Source: Thalia democratica
Taxonomy: Eukaryota
Length of the DNA: 64,000 nt
Direction of reading: 5' to 3'
NCBI GenBank assembly: GCA_965202585.1
Contig: OZ241832.1
Coordinates: 59,768,001-59,832,000, forward strand
This document shows, in pieces, positions 61,301 to 64,000 of the stretch (position 1 is its first letter; each line of letters starts with the position of its first letter). The notes below the pieces were generated by a model. The model saw only the letters and a list, made by a program, of their open reading frames with translations, was not told the DNA's origin and did not search any database. The position numbers and the translations under genes were made by a program.

Positions 61301-63993
61301 GGAAAACGCCCAACGTCACCAGCTCATTCAAAAACTTGCTGGAAAGTTCAGCAACTAAAAGTTCATATACTTCTGTTTCAAACTTTGAAAAATTCGTCGG
61401 TTTCAAAACAGCAAGTGAAAAAAATATCAAGATATCCAAAAAGGCGTATGAAATAGCAAGTAATCTTTTCAAAGATGTATCGAACTCTGAAGACAACTTT
61501 GATTCAAACTTCAAAGAAGAAAATAAAAACAGTTTTAAAGCGCCCAATTTTGAAAAGCAAGACGCGAAAACGGTTGACGGAAGTTCTTGTTTGAGATCGG
61601 ACAATGAAAAGGACCTTTGCGAAATGAGTTTCAGTCAGAGCTTTGATGAGAGTTACCTGGATGAAACAAGCGAAAGTTTTGAAGAACATTTGGTGATAAC
61701 GAAAAAATTTGAAGATATTTTTCCGCAAAGATCCACAGGAGCTTCTAACAAGTCGAATTCAGAGACTTCAGCCTGTTCTGAAGATGTTTTAGACAACAAA
61801 TTAGAAGAAATGAATGGTTTGAATAAAACTACAAAAGAGCCTTTGAATGAAGATAATGGAATCATCTATGAACCAAAGTCTGAACAAGCAAGCTCAAAAC
61901 TTCCTTTAAAAACTAAAGAAAATTCCACTAAAAAGTCAAGAAAGAGTTTCGCTGATAACGTAGTTTTGGAAACCCCAAAAGTAACAAGCTCACTGAAAGG
62001 CTTGCTAGGAAAGCCTTCAAGTGAAAATAAACCAGGCACTAAACGTGTTGTTAAAAACGTAGTTCCAGAAACTCCAAAAGCAGAAAGCTCGTTCAAAAGC
62101 TTGGTTGAAATATCAGCAAATAAATCCGCCTCAAAGTCTGAAAACCCAGTTGGTTTCGAAACACTTAGTGGAAGATCTACCAGAAGAGCCAAGCAAAAAG
62201 CCAGCAGCTTCATAAAGAACGTATTGAAGTCAGAATGTGACAATGGCTTCAACATGCAAGCAGAAGATAGCTTTAAGGCGCCCGATGTAGCTGTAAAGCC
62301 ACTGAGAAAAGCCTCTAGAAAGAACTCTCGAAAAAAATCTGAGAGTGAAACGCGCAAAGTGCAACCTAATGATCTTTGCTCGAGCCAGAACAAGACGGTT
62401 GTGCCAGAGACGCCACGAATGAGGTCTTCGTTGAAGTCGCTGTTGGATAGCTCTCAGCAGGACTTCACGAGCAAACCCGCGAGATCTAGAAGAACTAAAA
62501 GTGTTCGAAAAGTCCCTAATATGAAGAAAGTTGTTCCCGAAACACCACATATGAAGTCTTCGCTCACTCTGAAAAGTTCAGCATCTGAGAGAAAGGTTAA
62601 AAGTAAAGCTGCACATGTACTTGAAGCAAGAGAAATTCCCAGCGTAGTTCTTGAAACTCCACATGTTAGATCTTCTCTTTCTTTGAAAGTCCCAGTGCCT
62701 GAAAAGGATCCTGAACAAGTGACCAAAAGTAAACCACAACCAAACGCTTTTGAAATTGCAATTCAAGTTAAATCCAAAGATCCTCCAAATGTAGTTCTAG
62801 AAACACCTACAATCAAATCCTCGCTGAAACACATTCTGAGATCAGTATCCAAACCGCTAGGTGGCACCTTCGACAGTAAATCTTTTAATGAGTCGAATTG
62901 CATAAAGGCTGCTGATGAAATTTTCGGAATAAAAAGTAGTGAAGCAGGCAGCAAACAAGTAGAAAATACGCAGCAAAGTTGTTCTTTAGCAAAGTCCGTC
63001 AGTTCGAACCGTTTGAGCGAAAGTAATAAAATTGAAAGCGCAGATAAAACTGCCAATTCAAAAGGTTTGAATCGCCCGCGCCAAAACAGCCTGAAAATCA
63101 GAGACCTTCCTTTCAACATGGACTTCAGTAATAAAAGCGAAGAAAGAAAGCCTTTGAAGCGCAAAACCAAAAGTCCCTTGCCAGTGAAAGTCACTGAAAA
63201 CCTGAAAACAGCGCATGGTCAAGATAGGGAGATTCCCAAAGACGAGAGTAAAACTTCGGTTTTTGAGAGCTCCTTTGAGGATTTCAAGCAGGCTAGAGCG
63301 AAAAAGAGAAAAACGAGAAGCTCACAGAACAAAAGCTTGCGAAAATCTAAGAATAGCTCCAAAGATCAAGCTGTTAATTTGAAATCCAATTTTGAGGTGT
63401 GTGATAAACAAATGGTAGGTAATACAACAAGTTCTCTGGTTAAAATGGCTTCTCTGAAAATAAATACCAAAGAAAATCATGTCCAAGCTTCAAGTTGTGA
63501 AGGCAACAAATTGCTTTCTGCCAAACATTCGAAACATTGTAAACCTGATAGCAAACCTCCAAGCAAAACAGTTTCTTCAACAATTACAAGCTCAAATGAA
63601 ACGAAGGTTAAAATTTCAAGTTGCGAAGACTACAAACTACCTTCTACAAAAGATTCGTCCTTGAAACCTGAAACCAAACCTCATGTCAAAGCGGTTCCGA
63701 GCCAGTCTTCCGCGCACCTCGCCTTCGTCAGCGGCTTCGAACCGAAAAAGCGCGCCAAAAATCCGACAAAGCGCGCCAAAAATCCGACAAAGCGCTCCGT
63801 TTCGAAGTTTCCCCCCACAACGTCGGGGTACAAGCCTCCGAGGAAGACATCGTGGATACCTGATAAAGATCACAAGAGATCGAGGAAGCAGCTGGGAGTG
63901 AAGAGAGAAGTGAGCAACCAGATCCAGGTGATGGATCACAACCTGGCGATCGCCGCACAGTTCGTCGAGAACATTGAGAAGTTTAAGAGGTGA
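55366..63993 (+). CDS. BRCA2: BRCA2-like protein (BRC-repeat RAD51 mediator), at least 2544 aa; probably 3'-partial in this window
   Basis: Exons 55366-55385 (tentative), 55693-56073, 56375-56768, 57154-63990/63993 join in frame. Nine GF[KQT]TASxKx[IL]x[IVF]...K-type BRC repeats at about 57361, 57598, 57745, 58009, 58666, 58927, 59380, 60544 and 61399, plus a degenerate one at 62152; STP/TP-rich N-terminus; FxPP-like motifs. No OB-fold DNA-binding domain seen. The TGA at 63991 overlaps a possible donor AG|GTGAAG. Confidence 0.85.
63747..63795 (+). repeat. Exact 21-bp coding tandem repeat (KRAKNPT x2 plus KR)
   Basis: aaagcgcgccaaaaatccgac repeated twice, then aaagcgc. Confidence 0.9.
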
Positions 63994-64000
63994 AGACAAC

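Noticed and set aside
63991-63993. TGA as a selenocysteine or readthrough codon
   Set aside because: No evidence in the 7 remaining bases; a true stop or an overlapping GT donor is simpler
57166-63999. Many antisense and alternate-frame ORFs over the giant exon
   Set aside because: Expected shadows of a long coding exon; no recognisable motifs or independent splice structure

Overview
AT-rich, intron-rich animal DNA. An invertebrate, possibly a tunicate, is an inference only. Hand-splicing gives: (1) two tandem minus-strand cysteine dioxygenase (CDO1-type) paralogues, A at 5151-11805 and B at 17044-23321, both with intact active-site residues; (2) a 10.5-kb nested hAT transposon complex at 31017-41563 with exact 8-bp target-site duplications, a decayed transposase and several MITEs, one family making 6-bp TSDs; (3) a candidate 3-exon 67-aa gene; (4) a 13-exon, 589-aa secreted alpha-helical protein with an internal two-fold repeat that I do not recognise; (5) head-to-head with it, a BRCA2-like gene whose 6.8-kb exon holds 9 BRC repeats, 8 VVxE[TS]P modules and several FxPP-like motifs, and which probably continues past the window. 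The most striking unexplained pattern is 'splice-junction echoes'. At about 12 junctions in three genes, degenerate same-strand copies of the exon end plus its splice site lie in the neighbouring intron, always downstream of donors and upstream of acceptors. Some copies differ from the real exon mostly at synonymous positions. Coordinates were derived by hand and no database searches were run.
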